In this document: positions 28,048 through 41,657 of the stretch, in pieces
Position numbering within the stretch: position 1 is the first letter of the stretch
Layout: the number at the start of each line of letters is the position of its first letter
Assembly (NCBI GenBank): GCA_951406725.2
Contig: OX597822.1
Location: forward strand, 102,734,001-102,798,000
Length of the DNA stretch: 64,000 nt
From: Octopus vulgaris
Lineage: Eukaryota
Direction: 5' to 3'
Program-made: the position numbers and the translations under genes
Notes under the pieces: model-generated
Seen by the model: the letters and a program-made list of their open reading frames with translations, nothing else
Told to the model about the DNA's origin: nothing
Databases searched by the model: none

Positions 28048-28160
28048 AAGTGGATATATTATATTCAACTTGAAAGTTTGCCCAGGTTGTTTACGACAAC
28101 AGTAAAAGCCAAGTTTACTGTAAAGGATGCTTTAAGTACACTAGTGTGCTTTGCTCAAGC
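28048..28160 (-). other. Candidate non-coding exon (113 nt)
   Basis: Minus-strand acceptor aatttatttgcAG|G and donor ctt|GTAAGT; stops in all three frames. Confidence 0.3.
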
Positions 28161-28204
28161 CTGCAAATAAATTATTTTGCTAAATTCATTTTCTAATTTT
28201 GCAT

Positions 28205-28325
28205 AGATCGCAGCTGAAGACAATAGGAATTTCAAATAAACATTACACTATTGGCAGGGGGTGGGGAAGTGTAGTTTGAGAAATTTCCGGATGCTAGCAG
28301 TTGGCAGCAGCTGATACATAAGAGC
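28205..28325. promoter_or_regulatory. Candidate intragenic promoter or enhancer
   Basis: Cluster of CAGCTG x2, ATTGG (CCAAT), GGGGGTGGGG and TTTCCGGA (ETS-like) in non-repetitive DNA, just upstream (minus sense) of the 28048-28160 candidate exon. Confidence 0.3.
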
Positions 28326-29321
28326 ATACAGAAAAACAATAATTACTAAGTTTCACAGGGGGAAAGAAAGAAAAAAAAGCACAATAGCTTTCTGTGTGTA
28401 TGGTACATTCTAAAGAAATTATACTGCATTTGAATTGGTACGGCATGCTGACAGCAGTACTTTTAGGTTACAATAAAAGCTCCCTTTTCTTGGTGGTGGT
28501 GGTAAGGGGGAGCAAGTTCTTGGGATGAAATTTTTGTCTGAGAATGGAATTTTTTCTTTTAGTAGTTTTATGTTTTTTTAAACTATTAGCAATTACTGTT
28601 TCGGTGAGATGAGATTGTTTTAATAGTTATTGTATGGTTTCTATAACTGTCAAACCTTAATGAACTCTAAATGAAATTTGTAATAAAACGATGACTAAAT
28701 TTTAACAATTTCACAGAATTAAGATGTCACACACACACAATGAAAGAAATACAAGGGAAGAAGAGAAGAAAGCAAATATCACAAAAACATAACAATAGAA
28801 AAATTTCTTATTTGAATTTAAAGAAATAAGCTATAAAGGAAGCAGTCTATAACCAGTACACAATTTTATTATGTAATTTTGCATAGTGATAGAACAAGAT
28901 ATAAACAAATGTTGGATCTCTGCAAAAATAAAGAACTGTTTGGAAACCTCTGTGATTGATTAGATTATTATTTCTTGATCACTAGATTATTTCAAACGTT
29001 CATAAACTTAAATACTTGATTGAACAGGTATTGATGTAAAGAGACTAATTATCATCTTGTTACAATCAGTAACAATTTGACTATATTTCCATTTTGTTTT
29101 CATTTTCGTTGCTTTTTTTTTTTTTAATATAAGTAATTTGTGGATGAACAGCAAATGAGAATTTTATGATAAAACAAAGAGTTCAGTTTTGCATGAAACA
29201 CTGAATTTTTAGCATTTTTTTTACCTTTCTGATTCGTAGAACAAATTTTCAAATCTTCAAAACAGAAATCAAATAGAAAGAGCCAGGAGAGACCCATGGC
29301 TAAACCCATTATCATGACCTT

Positions 29322-29695
29322 CATTTTAACACCCACTTTTCCATGCTTGCATGGGTTGGCAGACTTTGTTGAGGCAGATTTCCTGATAAGAAGCCCTACC
29401 TGTTTGCCAAACCTCAGCTGTTTCCAAGCAAGGTAATATTTCCCCATAGCCAGTCATGTTTTCACAGAAACAAATTATACTACATGTATAACAGTAACAT
29501 TCGTTTGTAACTACCATATGGTGTCAAGACAAAAACACACATACACACACACGTATTCAACAGGCATCTTTCAGCTTCCCTCTACCAAATCCACTCACAA
29601 GACTTTGGCCTCGGGTTATAGTAGAAGACCCTTGTCCAAGGTGCTGTGCAGTAGGACTAAACTCAAAACCATGGGTTAGGCAAACTGCTTAACCA
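29322..29695 (-). mobile_element. Old composite SINE (family C)
   Basis: Same motif order as 4110-4505. Confidence 0.7.
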
Positions 29696-30286
29696 TTTAG
29701 AGGCCACACTTACATCTCAAATTTTTTGATACAAAGTCTAATTAATCCAATCACATTGCAAATGATATTGATGACAAATTTAACCACAAAAGCAACATTC
29801 AACAACACAAAAGATATAGTGATGCGCTAGATGTCAGACTGCAACAAATTATGCAGATCATACACAAGATTCATAGTTGATAACATCTGTACAAGTCTGA
29901 CCTAAAAATCATACAATTAAAAAAAAATTCTAATAATTCTTACTTGATGCTGTAGGTGACCTAAATAGAATTTAGCAATCCAATTGATCTGTAATTAAAA
30001 AAAATAAAGAATTTGTAAGTATAAAAAATAAATCTTTTTTTTTTTAAATAATTAGAACCTCAAGTCATATTTTAGTATTCTTATTGAATTTTTTTTTTAA
30101 TAAACAGACTAATATTTAAAAGAGAAGAAAAATTATTAATGTATTAATACTTCAGTAAAAAAAAATAGTAAAGATGACACAGTTTGATCTGAAGCTGAAA
30201 TGACATATAGTGAAATTTAACATTAAAGACTTTAATTTCGATGTGGTATTGTCTTTGACAATTGTGCGACTTTTATAAATATCACA

Positions 30287-30511
30287 TTAACCCTTTTGAT
30301 ACCAAGATATCTGAGATGCCCTTGGTTCCATGATACAAACTTGTTGTTTTAAAATGATCTGAATTTAAGCATCCCATCAAAATTTCATGTTAATTTATGT
30401 TCCAAATACTAGCTTAATAATTAAAAGGTTATTTTACTAAATTCTGGATTATTTTTTAAAATTAATGAAAAGGCAGTGCATTTCATCATTTGATAGTAAC
30501 AAAAGGGTTAA
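30287..30511. mobile_element. Intact piggyBac-type MITE
   Basis: TTAA|CCCTTTTGATAC ... GTAACAAAAGGG|TTAA: TTAA TSD plus CCC-initiated TIRs. Confidence 0.85.
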
Positions 30512-30585
30512 TGTAACATTTGAGGTGTGTTCCACTGTTTTGGTTAAAACACTTTCTGTCTTGTAGGGAGCCACTTGTCTGTTAC

Positions 30586-30654
30586 TCCCGGCTTTCCGAC
30601 ATATTTATTTCCTACATCCCAATCCAAGAGATTAAGTATACAAAAATATGACAT
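30586..30654 (-). CDS. Candidate exon (69 nt, MSYFCILNLLDWDVGNKYVGKPG)
   Basis: Strong minus-strand acceptor tttctgtatttgtttctaattgtcttcAG, weak donor gga|GTAACA; local CpGs retained. Confidence 0.15.
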
Positions 30655-30957
30655 CTGAAGACAATTAGAAACAAATACAGAAAAGGTTGATATCAATGAT
30701 TCCAGAACAAAAAAATAACAAATTTGCTAAAAATTTGTTTGCTTTTTTGCAGATGATTAAAAAAAAAAAAAAAAACAGGAAAAAATATTTGAAGAATTAT
30801 ATATTTCTTAAATAGGTGGCCTTTCCATCCTTTTGAGAATCAATATTTTTTTTAAATGATGGCCGTAGCAATCAAGTCAGATGAAACTTACTTTAAAATT
30901 ACTGTGCTTATTATAGCACACTCATTACTGTAGCAATTACTTGCTAACCATAAAAAC

Positions 30958-31104
30958 ATCATCATCAACATCATCGTTTAACGTCCGCTTTCCATGCTAG
31001 CATGGGTTGGACGATTTGACATAGGGCTGGTGAACCAGATGGCTGCACCAGGCTTCAATCTTGATCTGGCAGAGTTTCTACAGCTGGATGCCCTTCCTAA
31101 CGCC
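30958..31104 (-). mobile_element. SINE family B 3' fragment, abutting a degraded SINE A (~31110-31495, +)
   Basis: (CAT)n CGTTTAACGTCC...CTGGATGCCCTTCCTAACGCCA. Confidence 0.85.
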
Positions 31105-31732
31105 ACAGACGGGTGTAGTTAAGTTTGCTTCACAACCATGTGGTTCTGAGTTCAGTCCCAATGGGCAGCATCTTGGTCAAGGCCAACCAATGCCTTATGA
31201 CTGAATTTGGTAGGCAAAAACTACATGGAAGCTCATTAAACATACATAAACCATCCATCGCATGCCAGTATAGAAGACGGACAGTAAATGATGATAAATA
31301 TACGCGTGTGTGTGTGTCTTTGCGTTTGTCCCCTCACCATTTTAACAAGTGTTGGTTTGTTTATATCTCCGTAGTTTCGCAGCTTAGCAAAAGAATCTGA
31401 TAGTAAAAGTACTGGGGGTTAATTTGTTCAACTGATCTGATAGGGCAGTGCCCCAGCATAGCCACAGTCCAATAACTGAAACACGTAAAAGAGTAGACAT
31501 AAAGTCGATAAATAATGGAGGAATTGAGAGCTCAATTTCTAAGCCCTAATAAAAATACTATAACACAGCTCAAAAGCGATAAAACTTGATGCTTTTATGC
31601 TTAGTCATTTTTTTGCATGTTCACTTTAGTCAGACTGTCAGACAAAGGAAAGCAAGCCGAAGTATTGAAATGCAAGGTAATAGTAAAAACCATCAACTTG
31701 TATCATTTCTTACAATTTGCATTGTTTTGCCT

Positions 31733-31962
31733 TTAACCCTTTTGTTACCAACCCAGCTGAAACCGCCTATGGCTCAGTAGTACAAATGTCTTGTTTTCAT
31801 AAGTTTTGCATTAAAATCTTTCACCAAACCTTAATCACAATTTATTTTCCTAACACTAGCTGAATGATAACTAAGTTATTTTACTAAATTCTTTGCTATA
31901 TTTAAAGTAATTGGAAGAAACACAGAGCACCTCAAAATAAATACAGTAATGAAAGGGTTGAA
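31733..31962. mobile_element. piggyBac-type MITE
   Basis: TTAA|CCCTTTTGTTAC ... GTAATGAAAGGG|TTGA. Confidence 0.8.
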
Positions 31963-32075
31963 AACGATTTTTAAATATTTATGTAAAAAGCTTATTTTAG
32001 TTTCCAGCTACCAAATCCAGCCACAAGGTTTCAGTCAACCCAGGGACATAACAGAAGACACTTGCTCAAGGGGTC

Positions 32076-32535
32076 ACACAGAGCTAAACCGGTGTCCAAC
32101 AATGACAAAGTCTGTGTTCTCAGCGATGAGCGTGCATGTGACTCTGCAATCCAAAGCTGGAAGCACACAAGTGCCCACAGATGTCAAAATGATAGTCTGT
32201 TGACTGGATTGAGATGACCACTGTCCCATGACGTCTTTCTCTTGCAGCAGTGAGATGTTGTCACCAGTTGTCTTCTTTGAAGGCAGCTGCTGCTTGTGAG
32301 GTGAGAGACTTCCATGCTGATCTGTCTGCAGCAGAGGCTTCAAGTTTTCATAGACTAGTTAATGCCGCTCCATTTGAAGTTGCTTTTCAAGGTGTCCTTG
32401 TACCTCAGTTTAGGCCTTCCTTGTTTGCTTGAGCCCTGCATGAGCTTGCCGTACAACAGCTGTCTGGGTACACAGTTGTCAGTCCATCTGATGACTTGAC
32501 CAGTCCAGCATAACTGAGCCTTCAGCAAAATTGAG
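32076..32535 (-). mobile_element. RTE (BovB-like) LINE C-terminal fragment
   Basis: SILLKAQLCWTGQVIRWTDNCVPRQLLYGKLMQGSSKQGRPKLRYKDTLKSNFK matches the RTE QLRWxGHVxRMxDxRxPKQLLYGELxxGxRxxGRPxxRYKDxLK motif; continues ADRSAW. Confidence 0.9.
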
Positions 32536-35457
32536 TAAGTACACAGAAAAGGACTAAGTACCAAACAGCAGGCAATCAAGAAGATGCATAAAACAATACA
32601 AGGAAGATGTATATAAATATCATCATCATCATCATTTAACATCCATGTTCCATGCTGTCAAAAGTTGGCTGGTTTGAGAGGATCAATGTGCCAAAGGACT
32701 GTTATCATGCTCCGATGTTTGCTTTGGCATGGTGTCTAGGGCTGGACGCTCTTCCTAACACTGACCCCTTTATAGTGTAGACTAAGTGCTTTTTATTTTT
32801 GTGCTACATGCACTATTGAGTTGCCATACAGTTTAGAGGTTTACAAACCCTGGGGAGGGCAACTTCATGCTAAAGAACAAGGGGATTACTATGAGAAGTG
32901 GAAGCATGGGGAAGGGCAAGTACTTGTGGAGGATCATCTGCATGGCAACTACACAAACTTGTAGGGGGAAAGAGGACAGACAAAGAGAAAATGATCAGTA
33001 AGAACTGTAAGGGATAGATAATGATGATAAGATGCCCTTTTAATGCTTCAGATAATTTGTTGGGAAGAGAAGCATTTGTTATCAACACCATTATTTCAAA
33101 ATGCACTTTTCCATGCTTGCACAGAATTTATTGAAGCAAATTTTCTATGGCCAGATGCTTTTCCTGCCACCAACCCTCACCATTTTCCAAGCAAGGTAAT
33201 AAACCCCTACTACTGGAAAATAAACAACATGGGTATAGTTACATGATAAAAAGAAAATTTAAAACAAAAACATACTAAGAAGGTAAGACATACTTTCAAG
33301 GTTGGCTGCATGCAAAGAACAAAACCAGTGGGGTTGATTACAATCAGCAAACACATGAAAACAAAGGGAAATACAAACTCACAAAAAATTGCTCACAGAT
33401 ACTACACATACACACACAAACACATGACAGGCTTCTTCAGTTTCTGTCAACCACTTTCACTCTCAAGGTGTTGTTGATTTGCATCTATAGCATAGAATGC
33501 CAATCAACAACATTCACAGTTGGATCAAACCCCAAATCACACAGTCCCAATGTGTACTTCTTAACCATCCACCCATGGCTGCATCCAATCAATTTATTGT
33601 AAGTTAGGTTGTGGTTAAGTCATTTAAGAATATTAACCATAACATAGTTTAAAAAAAAGTTTATTTTATCATTAGCTTGATATGCAATCTGAAGTAGACG
33701 GGAGCACAATGAAAGCCTTGGACCCACAGATCTTTTCAATCCATTCAACACATGCCAATTTGGACGTTTAAATGGTAATGATGATGTTGATGAGTGTAAA
33801 TTCAGAATCCAACTTTTCTGTAAATTTATATTTTTTCTCCTCTTTCTATGTCTTCATTAATTGTCTCTTCAGATACATAAGAGAACTGTGAAAGCTTAAT
33901 GTCTTCACAAGCAAACTACAGCTGTCCAGAATTCTTTGCTGATGCTGACCAAAATCTCCATACAGGATATGTCTGCACTGTGTAATTTTGTGAACTAAGC
34001 AGCACATGCCAATACTTATAGGTACCTCTGCACAGACAAAATTATTTATATCAAACCTAAACATCCTCAAGTTGAGCCTCTCTACCACCCAGACAATGCA
34101 GCACAGAAAGAAGGTATATTATTTGAGATAAGTGGCGTTAGATAAAAAAATGTGCACTCTCCCAATCTTGACCAATTGTGTGATTTACAAGTTGTTGTCT
34201 ACTGCTCTCATTGACCAATGTTCCTTAAATTCATTTTAGTCCCACACCCAACTTTAATTTTCAAACAAAAAAAAAGAAAAAAAATCTGTACACCCAACCA
34301 TGAATGGACAAAGTACACAACAGATATACAAGGAGTGGCAAAAACCTCCCACATTTTACAAGCTCACAAACATTTAAAAACCAAATGCCCAATGTGCACC
34401 AGTCAAAAACCACAATGGTAACTGGAAAATGAAAAACTGTAAAACATTAGCTGCATTGTTGCTATTTACCTAGCTTCATTAACCAATAAATATCAAAGCA
34501 ACAAGAGTAGGTTTTCCTGTTGTACCTTATGTATCCAAGTTTTAATTGGAATTTTATTGCAAGTTTTATTTCTTTGTCACTTATGCCCTACTTTGAAATA
34601 ACCCACATCACGCCTCCGGAAATTCTGTGCAACGGAATTTGATCATTAAATCATATTGAATACACTTGTGGATGCTTCAAAGTGGGTTTGTCTAAAAGTT
34701 AAATTTTACCATAATAATCAAAGTATTATCAGTTAATTTTACAAGCCAAGTAAAATGTCCTCACTTGGCATACAACTGCATCAAGTGAGTTCATTTACTT
34801 GGGCTTTTAATTCCCACCAGCCAATCAAAGAACAAGGCTGATAAGTACAAACTTCATATGAGTTTGATGTCCAGATTAGCAGTCCCAAAAGGAAATTATA
34901 CGATCCACAAAATTCCATGTGATGTAAGAGCTGGCTTACTCTCAAGTCTTCTCTAAAACTATTTAAAGCAGACGTGCATGAGCCAAAGGTGTCTGAGTGT
35001 TCAGTGATTAATGTTTGAGAAGCATGCCAGATGTATGCCTCATTGAATGGGTGTAGATATATTATCTTCAAAAACATTACTCTGTACACTACAGTCGTTG
35101 CAAATCCGAACCTAACAACTTTGCAGATTTGGCAGCCTTGAATGTTTAGATACTCCAGAAAGCTTCAATGCTGTTGACAATGAACTTCATATTTAGGTTG
35201 ACATCACCACCATTGACAGACAACTGAAAACATGGCAAGTTATTGAAACAAATCTTTCACTGATCAGCAACTGTCTAACAGTCTTTATTAATGGAATGTA
35301 GACTGATTTCAAATTGTGTCTGATCTGGGCAGTGCCAGAGATTCCACTGGAAAAGCTGAATGATTCACCAAAGTTCATCCAAGTAAGATGCAAATATGTC
35401 CACAAATTTGCATATTAAGCTACTAGATCTAATCATTATAATTTAAGATCCTTCTTT

Positions 35458-35841
35458 GAGTGGCTGTGTGGTAAGTAGCTTGCTTACAAACCACATGGTT
35501 CCGGGTTCAGTCCCACTGCGTGGCACCTTGGGCAAGTGTCTTCTACTATAGCCTCGGGCCGACCAAAGCCTTGTGAGTGGATTTGGTAGACGGAAACTGA
35601 AAGAAGCCCATCGTATATATGTATGTATGTTTGCATGTCTGTGTTCATCCCCCCCAACATCGCTTGACAACCGATGCTGGTGTTTACGTCCCCGTAACTT
35701 AGCGGTTCAGCAAAAGAGACCGATAGAATAAGTACTAGGCTTACAAAGAATAAGTCCTGGGGTCAATTTGCTCAACTAAAGGCGGTGCTCCAGCATGGCC
35801 ACACAGTCATATGACTGAAACAAATAAAAGAGTAAAAGAGT
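35458..35841 (+). mobile_element. tRNA-derived SINE family A
   Basis: Colinear with 10520-10950. Confidence 0.9.
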
Positions 35842-35984
35842 AATACAAAATGGGAAAGAACTATTTTTCAATTAAGCATATAACGCACTATAACAGACTT
35901 TAAACCAATAGCCATAAAATTAATAATGGAACATTTTATTAAAAGAAAAACAGATTTCTTTATAAATTTTATGTTTAAGAAAAT

Positions 35985-36465
35985 CTCGCTGACGTGGCCA
36001 ATGACAGTACCACCTGATTGGCACTCATGCCAGTGGAATGTTAAAAGCACTATCTGAGCATGATCGTTGCCAGGGCTGCTGATTGGCCCCCACCATGCTA
36101 GTGGCACGTAAAAAGCACCATTCGAGTGTGATCGTTGCCAGCATCACCTTACTGGCACATGAAACACAACATTCGAGCATGGTCAGTGCCAGTGCTGCCA
36201 GACTGGCCTCCGTGCAGGTAGCATATAAAAAACACCTTTTGAGCACAGTCACTGCCGGAACCACCTGACTGGTCCTCATACCGGTGGCACGTAAAAGCAC
36301 CCACTACACTTTCAGAGTGGTTTGCGTTAGGAAGGGTATCCAACTGTAGAAACTTTGCTAGATCAGATTGGAGCCTGGTGCGGCCTTCTGGCTTGCCAGT
36401 CCTCAGTCAAACAGTCCAACCCATGCCAGCATGGAAAGCGGACATTAAACTACGATGATGATGAT
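35985..36465 (+). mobile_element. SINE family B with several internal GTGGCAC..AAAAGCACC units
   Basis: Five diverged ~50-60 bp units, then the central motif and (GAT)n tail. Confidence 0.85.
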
Positions 36466-37104
36466 TACAGTTCACTTAAAAATAAGTGTTGAAAAATTGA
36501 AATATTTAAAATGTTTTATTTTGTTAAATTTTATTATAATTCTTCTTTGGCTTATGTTAAACTTAATGCCCATAAAACCATAACCTTCAAAGTATGACCT
36601 AGTAACATGTACCATGCTTTCACTAATTGTGTAAAGCACCTTTTAGTTACAAACAGATATAGATACCCTCTTGACTCTCTCCACTTCACCCAATGTGACA
36701 GCTTGAAGGAGACAGTTACACCAACACTAAGTCAATGCTAATTTTCAGCTGAGAAGACTGGAGTAACAAGATAGGAAGTGCCTTGCTCAAAGACACAAAG
36801 TGTTGTCCAGTGCAGAAATCAGACCCATGACCTTATGATTTTAACCCCAATATACTAACCACTAGGCCTGATATAATCAATAGTAACTGTTTTGTCTCTG
36901 ATCCACATAGACATATAATGGATAATTTTCATTTAGGTAAAGACCAATTAGGTATCGGTGCTCTGAATTTGAATCTCAAGTGCCCAAACTTGTAGTGTCA
37001 TCATTAAAAAAACAGTACTACATCTATAAAATAACAATAGAAAGACAACAATGCAAATAAATAAATAAATGAGATGTGTATCAATGTTTTCAAGTGTAAG
37101 ATAA

Positions 37105-37451
37105 TCTCTCTATATATATATAAACGGCAAAAGGTCTGTCTGTGTGTGTGTGTCCTTTATACAAATCCACAATTTTTCAGTTAGAGGGCTCGCACTTTCT
37201 GTGGTCATTCAAAACCGTCCAAGGGTGGTCGTGCACATCTTTACATTTCCCCAGTCACCCCGCAAAGCCATTAAAAAAATCAATAGAAGTGACTCTTTTG
37301 TGAAGTTTCTATCCAAAACCCAATTGAATGCCAGCTAGCTGTATGTGATTGGTCGGAGATTTGGACAGTACTCGCGTGTATGTGCGCACGCATGCAGCTA
37401 TATATGCATGCACTAGCACTATGACCAGGCGTTGCTGGGTCATAGTGCTAG
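37105..37451 (+). mobile_element. Non-autonomous Helitron, family 2
   Basis: A|TC start, GCACTATGACC..GGTCATAGTGC hairpin, CTAG|T end; inverted copy at 42369-42735. Confidence 0.85.
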
Positions 37452-37725
37452 TCTGAAATATTTCTGAGTTACCCAATTCAACCGGTGAATATCTAGACAA
37501 AAATACAGGTAAACATTTGCTTATATTTTGGTGAAAATTATTAAGTTGCTAAAATAAGTTGCTTTTTAAGTGGAGATAAATATAACTATTGTAAATTTAA
37601 CTTTGCAACATACTATTCTAAGTTTTAACTTAGTTCGAAATGATAACAATGGAAAGAATTTTACACACTGTGAAAGAGGCCACTGCAGGGGCATTCACAA
37701 AACGGTTCCTATTTGAAAAAGACAA

Positions 37726-37881
37726 GGAGTGGTTGGCATTAGGAAGGGCATCCAGCCGTAGAAACACTGCCAGATTTGACTGGGCCTGATGAAGCCTTCT
37801 GGCTTTACAGACCCCAGTAGAACCGTCCAACCCATGCTAGCATGGAAAACGGACGCTAAACGATGATGATGATGATGATGA
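37726..37881 (+). mobile_element. SINE family B 3' fragment
   Basis: Central motif plus (GAT)n tail. Confidence 0.85.
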
Positions 37882-39037
37882 AGGAATATGAAATTTATCA
37901 CCAACAGCTGTAATGAATACATAAGAAATGGAGACGACACAACAAAACTGAATCTCTTTTCACAAGACCAGCCATATAACAGGAAGGTAAAAGCCAGCAG
38001 TAGCTGTATTCAAATTCACATGGTCTCTATGACTGAAATGTAAACTCATAAGCATAGCTCTACCTGAAAATTGACAATGCAAATCCTATGACCTCTGCTG
38101 CTGTTTTACAATGCAGGTTTGACAAGAAACAAGGTTGTAAAACGGGATTCTTTCCATTGCTAACAGCAACACATCCTTCCTGGTATTCGGTGGGCAAACA
38201 AAACCAGCAATATACACACTACACAAGATGTGGATACATTCAACTGAGCCTTAATATTACAAAATTTCATACGGTTTCTTACTGGGGGGAATAGAGGGGG
38301 AATATACACAGAATCATCTGATAGCATTGCTATGATAAATTTCTTTAAAGCAGTAGCAGGTCACAAGAAACTGTAACTAGCTACATATACCTATCTCTTA
38401 CACTTTTATGCAATCACCTGACTTTCAGCAAAATTAGCCTAAAAAGAAACGAAAACATCAAAAAGAAAGAGGCCTAGAGAAAACTTATTGTCAGAATAGA
38501 GACAACTTTGCAATAGAGAATGAAAAGAGGCAATACTAATATTTATAGATGTTAATAATATTTTCGTGTCTTCACTTTACAAAAGTAAGGCTATTTCATC
38601 GTTATCATTATTTAGCACTCACTTTTCCACGTTTGTATGGGTCAGATGGGTTTTATTGATGCAGAGTTTCCAAAACCAGATGTCATTCCTGTTGCCAATC
38701 CTCACCTGTTTTCAAGTAAGGTGATATTTTCTCATCGCCAACCACATTTTTATGGAGGACTGGAAGCAAATGACACTACAAGTATATCCGGTGATATCAA
38801 AAATATATACATACAACAGGCTTGTTCCTGTTTCTGCCTAACAAATCCACTCTTAAGGCTTTGGACAGCCTGGGCCTATAGTGAAAGACACTTAACCAAG
38901 GTGCCACAGAGTAGGACTGAACCTGAAACTATGTGGTTGAGACACAAACTTTTTTGATGGTAGGCAACAACTTAAATTATTCAAGTAATGATGCTACAGA
39001 GCTCACTCTGTAAATGTAACCACAGAAATTACCTTTG

Positions 39038-39516
39038 CTTCTGTGGACCTGTTGGGGCAAGGGAAATCAGAATCGAAAGTGCCACTGGACTGACTCCTGT
39101 GCAGGTGGCAAGTAAAGAGACACTGTTTCGACCCTGTGCTTGAGGAGACCTATTGAGTCAAGTAAATCAGCATCAAAAATCAATGGAAATTGTAGTTGTA
39201 ATCCCTGTGCCAGTGGCACGTAAAAAGCACCATCCGAACATGGCCAATGCCAGCGCCACCTGACTAGCTTCCGTGCCGGTGGCACGTAAAAAGCACCAAT
39301 CGGTTGTGGCCACTGCTAGCCTAGCCTGGCACCTGCGCCGGTGGCACGTAAAAAGCACCCACTACGCTCACAGAGTGGTTGACGTTAGGAAGGGCATCCA
39401 GCTGTAGAAACACTGCCAGATTAGACTGGAGCCTGGTGCAGCCTTCTGGCTTCCCAGACCCCGGTCGAACCGTCCAACCCATGCTAGCATGGAAAACGGA
39501 CATTAAATGATGATGA
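39038..39516 (+). mobile_element. SINE family B, long copy
   Basis: TGTTGGGGCAAG 5' part, three to four internal units, central motif, (GAT)n tail. Confidence 0.85.
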
Positions 39517-40017
39517 ATATTCTCTGGACAATCCAGGAGACGATTCAGAAACCATTTCTAAGTTGAACTTTCTCAAGATTATTACCTCTCAATGTTAATT
39601 ACAAAGTTAATTAACCTGCTGCAGTAACTAAAATACTAATATAATTCCCATTTTTTATACGATCATGTAAACATTCAGCTAAAAATAGTGTTGGGACTTT
39701 CTCAAACAGAAACAAGTTCTATGGAGAATAGTTAAATGTATTTAACGCTTAATTTCAAATTATGTAGAAACATTGTATTAAAATTAGACATCCTGGTAAC
39801 TAGTTTAATATTTTTGTCTGGTCAAACAAACTGTTAAAAAAATATTCTTAATAATTATGAATTTTTTTTAGAATAGTTTCTTTTTGTCTGATATTAAAAC
39901 AAAAAATGCCATAAATTATCATCTCTGATTTTAATAAATAGTCTTCCTACATAAATTAAAAATTAACTGAACAACATATGCTTATTTGAAAGTTATTTAC
40001 CACAGAATCAGATTTAC

Positions 40018-40108
40018 TTTGATTAGAATTGCCTTTTCCAGGAGAGGACGAATGAACTCAAATCCTTTGTCTATTGGAAGCTGAAGTACGGTCGCTGTTG
40101 CATCAACT
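40018..40108 (-). CDS. Candidate exon (91 nt, VDATATVLQLPIDKGFEFIRPLLEKAILIK)
   Basis: GC- and CpG-richer island in AT-rich DNA; minus-strand tAG acceptor after a pyrimidine-rich tract, aaa|GTAAAT donor; single open frame is phase-compatible with ATGATGAG|GT at 54809-54802. Protein not recognised. Confidence 0.35.
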
Positions 40109-41657
40109 CTATTCATAAATAATGAATAAACAGAAGGGAAACAACATTAATATTACAAACTTCCTCCGTAATTATCATTGCTACCAATAACGAACAAAGC
40201 TTTTAGTGTTCAATTATGATGTGCAAAAAGTACTTCCCGTTAGAGATAAAAAAAAAACAAAAGAACTTGTGTCCTAGAAATAAATAAACCTGGTAAAATG
40301 TTCAGAAATTATCACAAGATTTTAGATTCAGAATTTTTCATTAAAGGCACAGACATGGCTTGTGTCATTAAGAAGTTTTTGTTTCCCAAACACAGTTTCG
40401 CATTCACTTCCACAGCATTGCACTTAGGACAAATGTTTTCTACTTTAACCCAGGCCTTGTGAATGGATCTGGTAGATGGAAACTGAAAGAAGCCAATCAT
40501 GTATGTGTGTGTGTGTGTGTGTGTATACTTGTGTGTGTGTGTGCTTGGATGCGTCACATCTTGACATCACATGATAGTTGTTGAGTGTCACAAGCTATGG
40601 GGAAATGCCAGCTTGATTGGAAAACAAGCGAGCTTGGTAAAAAGAAGGGCAACTGGCTGTGGATAATGATAAACTGAATTTAAAATTTCTTTCTAAACAA
40701 ATTTGTAGATTTACATTGAATATGGAAATGATCTTTAATATGCTATCAAGAAGTAGGGAATGGAAAATCTTAAATTAAAATAGGATAGCCTCATAGTTTT
40801 AACAATCACTTTTCTTAGCTTGCATGGGTCACCAGAACTCAATGCGACAGAATTTTTATGGCTGGATACCCTTCTAGTCAGCAACACTCACCTGGACAAA
40901 TTTTGATCAAAGACTAGAAACGGACACCACTGCTTGTATGATAGAGACGCTCGTTTACAACTATCCAAGGCTTTGGTTGGTATGGAGCTATAACAGAAGA
41001 CATTTGCCCAAGATACCACGCAATGTGAATGAACCTGCTTGAAATCATGTGGTTGAGAATTGAACTTTTTAACACGCAGTGATGCTTTGTCTAGAAATAT
41101 GACAATTGCCAGTTTAAATAACTACTGAAATCTTCTGACATCCATTATTCTTTATTTCATATTTTGTTTTTTTTACATAGATTTCATTTTCCTAAGAAAA
41201 AGCATGAAAAGTGGTTTGCTCTGAAATTTGGAAACAGATTCATTAATGCTGCTTTTTTTTTTATTCAAAGGGAGCCAAAAATACTTATGTTTCTCTCTGC
41301 ATTACACTTTAATGAAATAAAGGCAGTACAGATTGATTATCCTCTAACCAAAATTCCCAAATCCAAAACCTCCAAATATCTAAATTTTTGAGACAAGCAC
41401 CACAAAAAGAAAATTCCAGAAATCACTCAAAGATTTCTAGATGATGTACCGTTTCTTGAATGACATGTTGGCAGTTACGAACAGAGGCAGAGGTGTGGAA
41501 GACTTCTAACAGGAATTTACTATGAAAGGATACTACATACAAAGTTGTCAATATATTGGACCAAATAACTCTCTTAGACATACATAGTACTATGTTCGGT
41601 GATGAATTTGAAGGATTCCATGAACCAAATGCAATGATGATGTCACTAGATCTCTTT

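Noticed and set aside
34440-35430. Coding-like unique stretch, possible transposase relic (YIPLIKTVRQLL)
   Set aside because: All frames are interrupted and no catalytic motif was recognised; needs tBLASTx or an HMM search.
40018-40108. Assignment of the peptide to a Penelope RT motif or an AGC-kinase tail (GFEFIRPLL)
   Set aside because: Only short partial resemblance, and flanking sequence does not extend either match.
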